From assembly GCA_965218295.1 (NCBI GenBank), contig CBDCKN010000003.1, positions 224,001-288,000 of the forward strand: a stretch of 64,000 nt of DNA, written 5' to 3'. Positions 1 to 10,140 of this stretch are shown here, one piece after another. The translations under genes and the position numbers were made by a program. The DNA is from Longimicrobiales bacterium. GTDB lineage: Bacteria; Gemmatimonadota; Gemmatimonadetes; Longimicrobiales; Gaopeijiaceae. Numbering within the stretch: the first letter of the stretch is position 1; the number at the start of each line of letters is the position of its first letter. The notes beneath the pieces were generated by a model. It saw only the letters and a list, made by a program, of their open reading frames with translations, was not told the DNA's origin and did not search any database.

Positions 1-231
1 AGTCCACGCGAAGGTGACGATCGCGTAGCCCTCACGGGCCGTGAGATCGCCCTCGAACTTCGTAAACCTGTAGGCGATGGAGCCGATCAGGAGCGTGATG
101 CCTGCCGAGGCGAAGAGCGCGAAGGCGGCTCCGTCCTCGTAGAACAAGGCACCCAGCCCGGTGACCACCATCGATATCGAAACGAAGACGAGGAGTAGAC
201 CGACGACGTTGACGAGGTGCCTGATGGACAT
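1..231 (-). CDS. trkH: Trk system potassium uptake membrane protein, N-terminal part (runs off window)
   Basis: Manual translation from ATG at 231, which overlaps the trkA stop: MSIRHLVNVVGLLLVFVSISMVVTGLGALFYEDG...LTAREGYAIVTFAW, a typical TrkH N-terminus. Confidence 0.9.
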   Translation of the reverse strand, partial: MSIRHLVNVVGLLLVFVSISMVVTGLGALFYEDGAAFALFASAGITLLIGSIAYRFTKFEGDLTAREGYAIVTFAWT

Positions 232-1577
232 CAGGCAAACAGCTTGTCGATGTCCCGAATGCAGGTCGGCAGCGCGAGCACGATCGCGATGTCGCCAGCA
301 CGGAATTCGGTGTCTCCCTGGGGCACGATCACCTCGTCGCCACGGACCAGCATGCCGACGATACTGCCATGCGGAAAGTGGACGTCACGCAACTGTGTAC
401 CGGCGATCTTCGATCCCGCCGCTACAGTGAACTCGATCGCTTCGGCGTCGATGCCTTTCAACGTCGCGACGCTGGTGATGCGCTCCCCGCGCACGTCGCG
501 AAGGATCGCATTAACGGTGGATAGACGCGGTGACACCGATGCGTCGATGTCCAGGCGCGGAATCAGCTGCAGGTAGGAAAAGTCGTCGATGAGCGTCACC
601 ACCTTGCGGGCGCCAACGGTCTTGGCGAGCAGGCTGGTCAGCAGATTCGTCTCATCGTTGCCCGTGCTCGCAACGAAGGCATCCATGCCCGCCACACCCT
701 CCATCTCCAGGAGCTCCAGGTCGGTGGCGTCGCCGTTCAGAACGAGCGCCTTGGGCAGTGCCTCGGCGAGCTCGAGACAACGCTTGCGGTCGCGTTCGAT
801 GATCGTCGCCTCGACGCCGTTCTGCGCGAGCGACTCCGCGATGTGAAGGCCCTCCTGACTGCCTCCGGCGATCATCACTCGCTGGAGCTTGAACGGCTCA
901 TAGCCGGCCAGCCTAGGGATGTCCTCGAGCTCCCCCTCGGGGGAGAGCAGGTAGATGTGGTCTCCCACCTCGATCGTATCATCGGCGCCCGGGATGATAG
1001 TCTGGTTGCCCCGCTGAATCGCGGCAGTGACGTAGTGATGGTCAGCGAGCTCGGCGCCGAGCTGCTTCAACGACTTGCCCGCGACCTTCGCACCCTCTCT
1101 GACCTTGAGACCGATCAAGCGCACGCGTCCGCCCGCAAAGGAGGCGACGTCGGTCGCGACCTCGCTGCTGATCAGCTCGACTGTCTCCCGGGCGCACTCG
1201 CGCTCGGGGTTGATCATGAGGTCGATGCCGAGCGCGTCGCCGGAGAGCACACTGCTGCGTTGATAGTACTCCGGGCTCGAGATACGTGCGGCGATGTACT
1301 CGACGCCGAGCCGCCGCGCGGCGAGGCTCGCGATGAGGTTCACCTCGTCGACGCTCGTAACAGCGAGGAGCATCTTGGCCTTGCCTATCCCCGCCTCTTC
1401 GAGAACGGACAGGGACGCCCCGTTGCCGACGACCGTCATGATATCGAGCCGATTCCCGACGTCCTCGGCGCGTTCGGCACTGGAGTCGATCAGCACGACG
1501 TCCTGAGTCTCTTCCGACAGGCGTTCGGCGAGGTGGAAACCGACCTCACCGCCGCCCACTACGATCACCAAACGCAT
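231..1577 (-). CDS. trkA: Trk system potassium transporter regulatory subunit
   Basis: Two RCK_N/RCK_C units (GGGEVG, IAGGSQEG); start moved to MRLVIVVGGG; coupled to trkH. Confidence 0.93.
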   Translation of the reverse strand: MRLVIVVGGGEVGFHLAERLSEETQDVVLIDSSAERAEDVGNRLDIMTVVGNGASLSVLEEAGIGKAKMLLAVTSVDEVNLIASLAARRLGVEYIAARISSPEYYQRSSVLSGDALGIDLMINPERECARETVELISSEVATDVASFAGGRVRLIGLKVREGAKVAGKSLKQLGAELADHHYVTAAIQRGNQTIIPGADDTIEVGDHIYLLSPEGELEDIPRLAGYEPFKLQRVMIAGGSQEGLHIAESLAQNGVEATIIERDRKRCLELAEALPKALVLNGDATDLELLEMEGVAGMDAFVASTGNDETNLLTSLLAKTVGARKVVTLIDDFSYLQLIPRLDIDASVSPRLSTVNAILRDVRGERITSVATLKGIDAEAIEFTVAAGSKIAGTQLRDVHFPHGSIVGMLVRGDEVIVPQGDTEFRAGDIAIVLALPTCIRDIDKLFA

Positions 1578-2015
1578 GGGTTCTCCGTATTCGCGAGCCT
1601 GTTCAGAGCGATCGGAAGCTACGAACGCCGAAGGTGGGGGGGCCAGAGGTGGGGGGCCCATCCTCGGAACGGAGAGGGGGCCAATCGGCTGTCAGAACCC
1701 ACCCACCCCCCATCCGTCGAACGGTTGGATGGGCTCAATCGAACACAGATGAGAGGACGACGGATGAGGCGGTGTGGTGTGTGGGGGTGGAGGGTGACCC
1801 CCTCGGGCTCCTGACCGAGGTGCTGCGCTTCCTGGATGGAGCCGACCTCGGGACGGCCGAGCTGAAGATGGATCCGATTTTGGGCTGCCTTCGGGTTCAA
1901 GGAGGCTGCCGCTAGTTGAGCGTCACCCTGTCGTACTGGTCATAGACCTCGTTCGCCAAGAGAGTTGTGTAGGCACCGCCGTGCGCTCCTGCAACGCGCA
2001 GAAGACGTCTGCCGG

Positions 2016-3006
2016 TCACCCACCCTCCGGACCGTCGCCGGTGATGGTCAGCAGGAGCGCCGTGTCCTCGAGGGCCCGGATGTCCTGGGCGTGGCCCGGT
2101 CCGAAGAAGAGGACGTCCCCCTGGCCGATCTCGAACTCCTCGTCGCCCACACGGTAGTGGAGGCGCCCCTGGAGAGCCTGAAGGGTCAGGGGCGAGGCGG
2201 CGTGATGGGTGCCCACCTCGACGCCCTCGGCGATCAGCGTGAGGGTGAGCCTGAGCGGCCCCGCCTTGACCAGGGTCCGGCCGACCCGGCCGCTCCGGAC
2301 GTAGCGCTCGTCCCGGCGGAGCTCGGCGATCTGCTCGTCCAGGTCGAAGGTGAGGTTCTGAAGCTGTCCCAACCGTAGTTGAAGGTTCCTGATAGGGGAG
2401 AAAGAAAAGTGGTGGCTCCGGGGGTCCCGGGCCGATAGGCTCGGGTAGGCAAAAACCCCAACACGGAGCCACCACGGTGCTGGGTCATCTGCCGAAGGAT
2501 CAGCATCCTCAGGTGAAGGCGGCGTTCCGGGCGGCGATGAAGCTGGACGCGAAGCAGGGCGAGCAGAAGCTCGAGCAGCTCGCCCGATGGCTCGAGCGCG
2601 ACCACCCCTCGGCCTCGGCCAGCCTACGCGAAGGCCTCAGCGAGATGTTCACGATCAACCGGCTCGGCCTCCCGCCGCGGCTGAGGAAGTGCCTGGGCTC
2701 GACCAACCTGATCGACAGCACCCACTCGGGTGTAAGACAGAAGACCCGCAGGGTGACCAACTGGAAGAACGGAGCGATGGCCTTGCGCTGGGCTGCGGCC
2801 TCGTTCGTGGAGACCGAGAAGAGCTACCGGAGGATCATCGGCTACGACCAGCTCTGGATGCTCAGGGCCCACCTCGACGACCATGAACCGGTTGCCGAAA
2901 TGAGAAAGGCAGGCTGACAAGGAGACTCTCCGGAGCCACCACCTTCAACTGTCAGCGGGACACCATCGAGGTTCTCTCCGGTGAGAGCACGGGTGATGGA
3001 CGACAG
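2016..3006 (-). pseudogene. Cupin-domain protein interrupted by an IS256 derivative
   Basis: Removing the IS and one TSD copy restores in-frame (CTG)SSITRALTGENL|TFDLDEQIAELRR...GTHHAASP...PGHAQDIRA; GGAGGT RBS upstream of CTG at 3006. Confidence 0.8.
2360..2967 (+). mobile_element. Internally deleted IS256-family element (608 bp) retaining only the transposase C-terminus (2477-2917)
   Basis: Imperfect IRs GAAGCTGTCCC..AGTTGAAGGT and GATGGTGTCCC..AGTTGAAGGT; 8-bp TSD GAGGTTCT at 2352-2359 and 2968-2975; STNLIDS..VRQKTRRV motif. Confidence 0.88.
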
Positions 3007-3387
3007 CGAGACCTCCGGGCCGGAGAAGCGATGAGGCAGTAGTGTGAACGATAGCCTGTCGGCTCGCTGGGCGTCAAAACTCGGCCGAGCGGGGCAGCTC
3101 TGTTCCTCGAAGTGGGCCTGGGAAGACTTGAACCCGTACTTGCCTTCAGGGGATGCCGGAATCTGCCGGGATAAAAAGGCACAATAACGGGCCCAATGGG
3201 CACACGAACGGACACAGACCGGGCTCTTCGGGTACGTCGTGCTTGCGCACCCCCTAGGGCGTGTAGGATCTTGACCTCCGTCTGATCCGCGGGTGTCGAC
3301 CATCGAGTCGGTTGCGGAGAAGCGGGGTCGTTCGGGGCCCCTCGTGTTCGTGGCCGTGGGCCATCGGATCTCCAGCAGGGAATAGCG

Positions 3388-5748
3388 ATGAGTCGCCGCA
3401 GATCCCAAGTGGGCTTGATCACCGTCGTGGCCCTGTTCACGGCAGTCGCGATACCCACACGCGCCCAAGTGCTGGCTGCGCAGTCGCCGGGTTCCACGGG
3501 GACCGACGGAGTCCGGGTCGATGGCCCCCCCCCGCCCACGGCGCCCGAAGTCATCAGCCGCGACGATCGAGGCAACGCCACGGTCCGGGCGGTCCGGTTG
3601 ACTGAGCCGATCCAACTCGACGGCGAACTGGACGAGCCCCTCTACCGGACGACCCCCTCCATATCAGGCTTCATCCAGAGCGTGCCGAATGAGGGAGGGG
3701 CGACGACCGAGCGGACGGAGGCTTGGATCGCGTTCGACGACAACAACGTCTATGTATCCGGGCGCGTGTGGGAGTCCGCGCCCGAGAGCGAGTGGGTGGC
3801 GAACGAAATGCGGCGCGACGGCAATCAGCTCCGTCTGAACGACAGCTTCGGCGTCATGTTCGATACGTATTACGATCGTCGCAACGGGGTAGGGTTCTAC
3901 ACGAATCCCCTCGGCGCACGCGCCGAGTTCGCGATGACGAACGAGGGCAACCCGAACCCGGACTGGAACCCCGTCTGGGACGTGCGAACCGGTCGCTTCG
4001 ACGGTGGTTGGACGGTTGAGATGCGGATCCCCTTCAAGTCCCTCCGGTACCGACCCGGCTCCGAGCAAGTCTGGGGCCTCCAGATGAGGCGCGGCATCCG
4101 TCGGAGGAACGAGTGGAGTTATCTCACGTTGGTCCCCATAGCGATGGCCGGAACAAGGGGCAGGGGGGCGTTGCGGATCTCGCGGTTCGGGACGCTGGTC
4201 GGGCTGGAGGCACCGCCGGCGAGCAGGGTGGTCGACGTCAAGCCGTACGGCATTTCGGGCCTCGAGACCGACCTGACCACCGATCCCCAAGTCCGCAATC
4301 ACCTCGACGCCGACGCGGGGTTGGACCTCAAGATCGGGATCACCGACAACCTGACGGCCGATCTCACGTACAACACCGACTTCGCCCAGGTCGAGGTGGA
4401 CGAACAGCAGGTGAACCTCACGCGGTTCAGCCTTTTCTTCCCCGAAAAGAGGGAGTTCTTTCTGGAAGGGCGAGGCATCTTCGTTTTCGGGACCGGCGGC
4501 GTGGGCGGCGGGGGCCGGGGCAGGGGCCGGGGCAGGGGGGGCTTCGGCGGCGGCGGCGTGAGCGTGCCCACGCTGTTCTTCAGCCGGCGCATCGGCCTCC
4601 AGAGCGGAGAGCCGGTGCCGATCCTCGGCGGTGGTCGAGTGACCGGGAAGGTCGGATCCTTCGATGTCGGCGTCCTGAGCGTCCAGACCGACGACCTCCA
4701 GAGCGCAGGCGCCGAGTCGACGAGCTTCACCGTGCTACGGCTCCGTCGGGACATCTTCCGGCGGAGCAGCATCGGAGTCCTGTTCGAGAACCGATCGAAG
4801 TCCACTGTCGCGCCGGGATCCAACCAGGCATACGGAGTGGACGCGACGTTCTCGTTCTTCGACAACCTGAACTTCCTCAGCTACTACGCCAAAACGGAGA
4901 CCGAGGGGCTCACGGGTACGGACGAGAGCTACCGGGGCCGGTTCAGCTACGACGGAGATCTATGGGGGCTTCAGGTCGATCATCTCCTGGTGGGGGAGGA
5001 CTTCAACCCGGAGCTCGGGTTCGTGCAGCGGAACGGATTCCGACAGACTTTCCTCTCGGGCAAGTACAGCCCGCGGCCGGCGTCCATCGAGTCGATCCGG
5101 CAGGTGACGCTCGAGGCGCGGCTCAACTACCTGGAGAACGCCGAAGCGGGGTTCGTCGAGACCCGGGAGCGACAGGGGAATTTCCAGATCGAGCTCGACA
5201 ACGGCGACTCGTTCAGCGCGGACTTGACCGACACCTACGAGAACCTGGTCGACCCGTTCCCCATCGCCCCCGACGTGACAATCCCGGTCGGCCGATACAC
5301 CTTCCGCGACGTGCAGCTGAGGTACAGCTTCGGTCCCCAGCGCCCGTACTCGGGGAATCTGTCGGTGCAGAGGGGCAGCTTCTTCGGTGGCGACCGTACA
5401 TCCGTGGGGTTTCAGCGGGCCAGGATCGAGGTGCTGCCCCAATTCTCCATCGAACCGAGCGTCTCGTTCAACTGGGTCGATCTGCCCCAGGGCGACTTCA
5501 CCCAGCACGTGGCCTCGACGCGCGTCAGCTACAGCTTCTCGCCCCGCATGTTCCTGAGCGGACTGGTCCAGTACAGTACCAATAGCGATACCTTCAGCAC
5601 GAATCTTCGACTGCGCTGGGAGTATGCCCCCGGAAGCGAGATCTTCATCGTGTACACGGAAGAGCGCGATACGGACGTGTTCGACCGGTTCTCCGAGCTG
5701 TCGAACCGGGGCCTCGTGATCAAGGTGAACCGGCTTTTCCGACTCTGA
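3388..5748 (+). CDS. Secreted DUF5916 / CBM9-like domain protein (probable outer-membrane protein)
   Basis: Signal peptide, LDGELDE, WTVEMRIPFKSLRY, NTDFAQVEVDEQQVNLTRFSLFFPEKREFFLEG and LFFSRRIG motifs; beta-rich C-terminus. Confidence 0.8.
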   Translation: MSRRRSQVGLITVVALFTAVAIPTRAQVLAAQSPGSTGTDGVRVDGPPPPTAPEVISRDDRGNATVRAVRLTEPIQLDGELDEPLYRTTPSISGFIQSVPNEGGATTERTEAWIAFDDNNVYVSGRVWESAPESEWVANEMRRDGNQLRLNDSFGVMFDTYYDRRNGVGFYTNPLGARAEFAMTNEGNPNPDWNPVWDVRTGRFDGGWTVEMRIPFKSLRYRPGSEQVWGLQMRRGIRRRNEWSYLTLVPIAMAGTRGRGALRISRFGTLVGLEAPPASRVVDVKPYGISGLETDLTTDPQVRNHLDADAGLDLKIGITDNLTADLTYNTDFAQVEVDEQQVNLTRFSLFFPEKREFFLEGRGIFVFGTGGVGGGGRGRGRGRGGFGGGGVSVPTLFFSRRIGLQSGEPVPILGGGRVTGKVGSFDVGVLSVQTDDLQSAGAESTSFTVLRLRRDIFRRSSIGVLFENRSKSTVAPGSNQAYGVDATFSFFDNLNFLSYYAKTETEGLTGTDESYRGRFSYDGDLWGLQVDHLLVGEDFNPELGFVQRNGFRQTFLSGKYSPRPASIESIRQVTLEARLNYLENAEAGFVETRERQGNFQIELDNGDSFSADLTDTYENLVDPFPIAPDVTIPVGRYTFRDVQLRYSFGPQRPYSGNLSVQRGSFFGGDRTSVGFQRARIEVLPQFSIEPSVSFNWVDLPQGDFTQHVASTRVSYSFSPRMFLSGLVQYSTNSDTFSTNLRLRWEYAPGSEIFIVYTEERDTDVFDRFSELSNRGLVIKVNRLFRL

Positions 5749-5774
5749 CGAAGTGAGCGCCGGGTCCTGGTGTC

Positions 5775-5800
5775 TGAATGGACACAGTGAATGGACACAG
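5775..5800 (+). repeat. Tandem 13-bp direct repeat TGAATGGACACAG x2
   Basis: Read directly from the sequence; function unknown. Confidence 0.6.
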
Positions 5801-6247
5801 TTGGTCAGGCGCCTGAGTAGGGGTCGGAATCACGGCAGGATGCCGGAAAACTCAGACGGATCACGCGATTTGCCGCTTTCGTGATTCTCCGATGTCGTGA
5901 TCTACCGGTTTCGAGAACCGGCCATGGATCGCCGACCCCTAGATCGACGAAGTTGGACCGACTAGATGCCCCCCCCCGGCGACCCCCTGAACCCCATTCG
6001 TCCACAGGATGGGCCGAATCCCGGCAAGAATCATGATGGCTCTGATAAGTTACTGTGGTACCACGATATACATATGCTATCTCTTTGGTTGTCCCCTTTT
6101 CATACCCATTTTTAGGAACTGGATTCCAAACGACCCTAGCGGACCTTGGCGATCGTAACTGTTCGGCCAAGCCGTGGGGAGCGTCGTGTTGTCGGATCGT
6201 GTGGTGGGGTCTGGTAACGTGATCCGGAATGTAGTATCGTCGAGGGC

Positions 6248-8518
6248 ATGGCGATGCGGGACGGCAACGGACATGCGAACGTGGCGCTGGCCGAGGGGCT
6301 GGAGGAGCTTTGGCCGGTGCCCGGTTCCGTGGAGTCGGAGCTTGGGGACTGGCGGTCGCTGTACGAGCGGGAGCGCGAGCGAGCGGAGGCGGCGGTGGCC
6401 CGCGCGGAGGAGTTGCGGTGGGCGGAGGTGCGGGCGCGCTGCGAAGCGGGATCGTGGAAGTGGCGGTGGGAGGCGTCGCGCCGGAAGCTGAGGGCGGTGA
6501 TCGCGGAGACGCGGGAGGCCCGCCGCGCGGCGTGGGACGCCCTGGCGTTGCAGCGCGAGGTGGGGCGTCTGCACGGGCTGCTGCGGGAGGCCGGGGTGGA
6601 CGCGGGGAAGCGCGGCACGGAGATGGCGCTTCGGATGGAGGTGGCACGGCTTCGCGAGGAGGGTTGGGCGCTGGAGAAGGCGCTCGATGCCCGCGCGGCC
6701 GAGGTGCAGAACCTTCACAAGGCCCGCATCGAAGCGGACGCGGACATCCTGGCGCTGCGGCGGCAGTTGCGCGAGATGCTCGAGATCCACGGCGAACTGT
6801 CGAAGCTGGGGGACCAGCGGGACCGGGTCGAGTCGCTGTCGGAGGAGGTCGGGGCGCTTCGCTGGGCGCTGAAGGTCTCGGAGGCGTCGAAGGGCCGCCT
6901 GACGGCGCGGCTGCGGCGTGCGGTCGAGGCGGGGCGGGCGCGGTCGCCGTCGGCCGCCGACGCGGAGTTGCGCAAGGCCTTGCGCAGATCGCGGCGCCAG
7001 AGGGCGACGATCGGCTCGCTGACGCGGGAGAAGACCCGGCTCGGCAGGAGGATGCGGGCGTCGCGGCGGCGGATCGAGCGCCTCGAGGGCCAACTGGCGA
7101 AGCTTCGCGCGTCGCGCACGGTGCTGCCGAAGGGGCAGTCCGGCGGCGCGTGCGAGAGGCAGGAGCGACCGCGTTCGGGGCGGCGGCGGGGCCAGCAGCC
7201 CGGCACGCCGGTCCACGGCCGCACCCCGCGCCCGGGGCTTGAGGAACGCACCGAGGAGCACAACCCGCCCGCCGATGCGCGGGTGTGCCGGGGTTGCGGG
7301 AGCCCGTACGCGGCCAACGGCGCCGAGGAGTCGGCCCTCGTCGAGATCGAGGTCCGGGCGCACCGGCGGGTGATCCGCCGCCCGCGCTGGCGGCGGACGT
7401 GCGGGTGCGCGTCGTCGCCCGCCGAAGTGACGGCGCCCCCCGTGCCTCGGCTGTTCGCCCGCACGCCGTACGGGACGAGCGTCTGGTCGCGCTTCCTGTT
7501 CGAGCGCTACGCGTGCCTGCGCCCGCTGCACCGGGTCTGCGGGTGGCTGTCCGACCAGGGTCTGCCGGTCTCGCCGGGCACGCTGGCGGACAGCGTGCAC
7601 CGCTTGGCGCCGTTGTTCGAGCCGGTGGGCGCGGCGATCCTCGCGCACCAGAACGGCTCGGCGCTGCGCCATGCCGACGAGACCAGCTGGCGGGTGCGGG
7701 CGCTGCGCGACAGCGACGGATCGGGGTACGCGTGGCTGTGGATCTCGGTCGGCCGCGGCGCGGCCTACTTCCATGTGGATCCGTCACGCAGCGCCGAGGC
7801 GGCCCGGAAGCTGTTCGACGGGGCGCTGTGCCCGACGGTCCTCGTCTGCGACCGCTACAGCGGCTACAAGAAGCTGGCGCGTCTCCTCGGGGGCAGGGTC
7901 ACGCTGTCGTTCTGCTGGGCGCACATGCGCAGGGACTTCATCCGGTGCGCGGCCGGGCACGTCCATCTGACCGGCTGGTGCCGGGAGTGGCTCGGGCGGA
8001 TCGCCACGGTCTACCGCCTGCACAAGGCGCGGCTGGAGCTCCACGACCCCGGCCTCGAGCGCCAGAGCCCGGCGTTCGACGCGGCGCACGACGCGCTGAG
8101 CGAGGCGCTCGGCGGCATGTTCGCGGCCTCCGAACGCCAACTCGCCCGCCTGTCGCCAAAGGCGAGGGAGGGAGGGCCGCTGCGCTCGCTCCTCAACCAC
8201 CGCGAGGGGCTGAGCGTCTTCCTCGACCGGCCCCGCGTGCCGCTCGACAACAACCTCGCCGAGCGGCTGCTGCGCGGCCCGGCCATCGGGCGGCGCCTGT
8301 CGTTCGGCTCCGACAGCGAGTCCGGCGCCCGGTTCACCGCGCTCATGTACTCGGTGACCGGCACCCTGAGGCTGAACGGCCTCGACGTGCCGCGCTGGCT
8401 CGCCGACTGGTTGGCGGCGTGCGCGCGCGGCGGCGGTCGCCCGCCGGGCGACCTGTCGCCCTGGCTGCCGTGGTCGATGGACGCCGGACGCAGGCGCGAA
8501 ATGACGGCGTCCGCATGA
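6248..8518 (+). CDS. tnpC: IS66-family transposase with long N-terminal coiled coil
   Basis: GQQPG, CxxC zinc finger, HADET, CDRY, CWAH and DNNLAER motifs. Confidence 0.9.
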   Translation: MAMRDGNGHANVALAEGLEELWPVPGSVESELGDWRSLYERERERAEAAVARAEELRWAEVRARCEAGSWKWRWEASRRKLRAVIAETREARRAAWDALALQREVGRLHGLLREAGVDAGKRGTEMALRMEVARLREEGWALEKALDARAAEVQNLHKARIEADADILALRRQLREMLEIHGELSKLGDQRDRVESLSEEVGALRWALKVSEASKGRLTARLRRAVEAGRARSPSAADAELRKALRRSRRQRATIGSLTREKTRLGRRMRASRRRIERLEGQLAKLRASRTVLPKGQSGGACERQERPRSGRRRGQQPGTPVHGRTPRPGLEERTEEHNPPADARVCRGCGSPYAANGAEESALVEIEVRAHRRVIRRPRWRRTCGCASSPAEVTAPPVPRLFARTPYGTSVWSRFLFERYACLRPLHRVCGWLSDQGLPVSPGTLADSVHRLAPLFEPVGAAILAHQNGSALRHADETSWRVRALRDSDGSGYAWLWISVGRGAAYFHVDPSRSAEAARKLFDGALCPTVLVCDRYSGYKKLARLLGGRVTLSFCWAHMRRDFIRCAAGHVHLTGWCREWLGRIATVYRLHKARLELHDPGLERQSPAFDAAHDALSEALGGMFAASERQLARLSPKAREGGPLRSLLNHREGLSVFLDRPRVPLDNNLAERLLRGPAIGRRLSFGSDSESGARFTALMYSVTGTLRLNGLDVPRWLADWLAACARGGGRPPGDLSPWLPWSMDAGRRREMTASA

Positions 8519-9396
8519 GCGAGCGCATCGAATGCCGCTACCACGGGCGCGACTTCACCGCCGCGGAAATGGCGCTGCTGCGCCGACTGATCGCCGGACC
8601 GCCCGCGCTCAACCGCCACGCCCTGTCGAAGGAGTTCTGCCGGCGCATCGGCTGGTTCAAGCCCGACGGCGGGCTCAAGGACATGATGGCGCGCGTCACC
8701 ATGCTCGCCATGCACAGCGACGGCCTCATCGTCCTGCCGCCCCCGAAGTGGAGGCAGAAACGACCCGGCCCCATCGTCTTCGGACAGGACACCGAACCGC
8801 CCCTCTTCCCCCCGCCCACGATCCTCGACGAGGTCCGCCCCCTCGAACTCCGCACCGTCGTCGGCGGCACCCGACAGGGCAGGCTGTGGAACGAGTTCGT
8901 CGCGCGCCACCACTATCTCGGCTACAAGACCCTCGTCGGCGCCCAGATGCGCTACGCCGTCCACGACCGCAACGGCTGGCCGCTCGCCATACTCGGCTTC
9001 AGCACCGCCGCCTGGTCCCTCGCTCCACGCGACCGCTTCATCGGATGGACCCCGACCCTGCGAAAGAAGAACCTGCCGCTCGTCATCGACAACCCCAGGT
9101 TCCTCATCCTGCCCTGGATCCGCATCCCCAACCTCGGATCCCACATCCTCGCCCTCGTCCGCCGCCGCCTGCCCCGCGACTGGACCCGCCGCTACAACAC
9201 CACCCCCGTCCTCATCGAGACCTTCGTCGAGGTCCCCCGCTTCACCGGCGGCGTCTACAGGGCCTCCGGTTGGATCCGCGTCGGTACCACACGGGGACGA
9301 GGGCGCTACGACACCGCCAAGCAGTACGGCAAGCCCACCAAGGATGTCTGGCTCCGCCCGCTCGCCAAGCACTGGAAGCGCATCCTCAACCGCTGA
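8515..9396 (+). CDS. DUF4338 (Druantia DruA-like) domain protein
   Basis: ATGA overlap with tnpC; HHYLGY, RDRFIGW, NPRFLILPW, LGSHIL, ETFV and YRASGW motifs. Confidence 0.8.
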   Translation: MSERIECRYHGRDFTAAEMALLRRLIAGPPALNRHALSKEFCRRIGWFKPDGGLKDMMARVTMLAMHSDGLIVLPPPKWRQKRPGPIVFGQDTEPPLFPPPTILDEVRPLELRTVVGGTRQGRLWNEFVARHHYLGYKTLVGAQMRYAVHDRNGWPLAILGFSTAAWSLAPRDRFIGWTPTLRKKNLPLVIDNPRFLILPWIRIPNLGSHILALVRRRLPRDWTRRYNTTPVLIETFVEVPRFTGGVYRASGWIRVGTTRGRGRYDTAKQYGKPTKDVWLRPLAKHWKRILNR

Positions 9397-9456
9397 GCAC
9401 CCCCACACACACGATCCGACAACACGACGCTCCCCACGGCTTGGCCGAACAGTTAC

Positions 9457-9685
9457 TGGCGATCACGTCATAAAGCGCGTCCCGGTCGGAGATGTCGACA
9501 TTGGGTGGCTCGTCCCCGGTCACGGTCTCCAACCGCAACCGGAAGGCCGGTTTCCTGCTACCCGCGTCCGTCAGTCGTGCACGCAGCGCGTCCTCGACGA
9601 ATCTCGTGAGCGTGATCCCGTCCCGTGCCGCCCGCCCCTTGGCCGAGCGCAGAACCTGATCGTTCAGATTGAGCGTGGTTTTCAT
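9457..9685 (-). CDS. VapB-like/RHH antitoxin whose last codons are displaced by the IS66-like insertion
   Basis: MKTTLNLNDQVLRSAKGRAARDGITLTRFVEDALR; the reconstituted end VIAKVR* lies at 6136-6146. Confidence 0.7.
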
Positions 9686-9850
9686 GCGCAAAGCCCGCTA
9701 ACACCGTTGCGTATGGCTCAACCATATCACTAGGGAACATGCATGGAAAGCCGTTCACGCCGTCATGCGCCGCGCGCGGCGCTATCTTCGTGTCCGATAT
9801 TTGCCATTAACGGACAACTTTAGAAACTAGGGAGAAGGGAGACGACCCTG

Positions 9851-10140
9851 ATGGGCAAGGCGCTAGTTGTCGGGACACGGAGCGGGAGCGGGGAGGCCCT
9901 CGCCGCCACCAAGCAGACAGCCGCCGCCGCGCTCTCGCTCGCTCAGGAGAACATCGTCCGGGACGCCATCGAGGCCAGCCACGCGCCGCGTCTACGCATC
10001 CGCATGGGGTCGCTTCGCCGCTTGGTGCGAGGCCCAATACAAGGCCACCGCAGCCTTCCGGCCGCGCCCGAAACCGTAGCCGCCTACCTGGCCGAACGCG
10101 CCCATAAGCGGGCTAGCGCCCGCGTCGATCCGACTGATTC
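9851..10140 (+). pseudogene. Cre-like tyrosine recombinase N-terminal remnant (frameshifted)
   Basis: ATRRVYASAWGRFAAWCEA and LPAAPETVAAYLAERA occur in different frames. Confidence 0.65.

Larger units (their letters stand above)
6155..9456 (+). mobile_element. IS66-like insertion element (3302 bp) with tnpC and a DUF4338 gene
   Basis: Ends GTAACTGTTCGGCCAAGCCGTGGGGAGCGTCGTGTTGTCGGATCGTGT form a perfect ~48-bp IR; 8-bp TSD TGGCGATC at 6147-6154 and 9457-9464. Confidence 0.92.

Noticed and set aside
4494..4560. GGCCGGGGCAGG tandem repeat as a contingency locus or G-quadruplex
   Set aside because: In-frame Gly/Arg loop of the DUF5916-like protein; no evidence of phase variation
5965..6002. Possible tRNA-Pro fragment on the minus strand (GAATGGGGTTCAGGGGGTCGCCGG)
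   Set aside because: No intact T-arm or acceptor stem; too short to call a tRNA or att site
5805..7787. Long antisense ORFs over tnpC (similar ones over hsdR, the integrase and the antiporter)
   Set aside because: Pro/Arg/Ala-rich shadow frames expected at high GC
7285..8514. 703-aa ORF apparently extending DUF4338 upstream
   Set aside because: The extension is a GC-rich alternative frame of tnpC; the real start is the ATG at 8515
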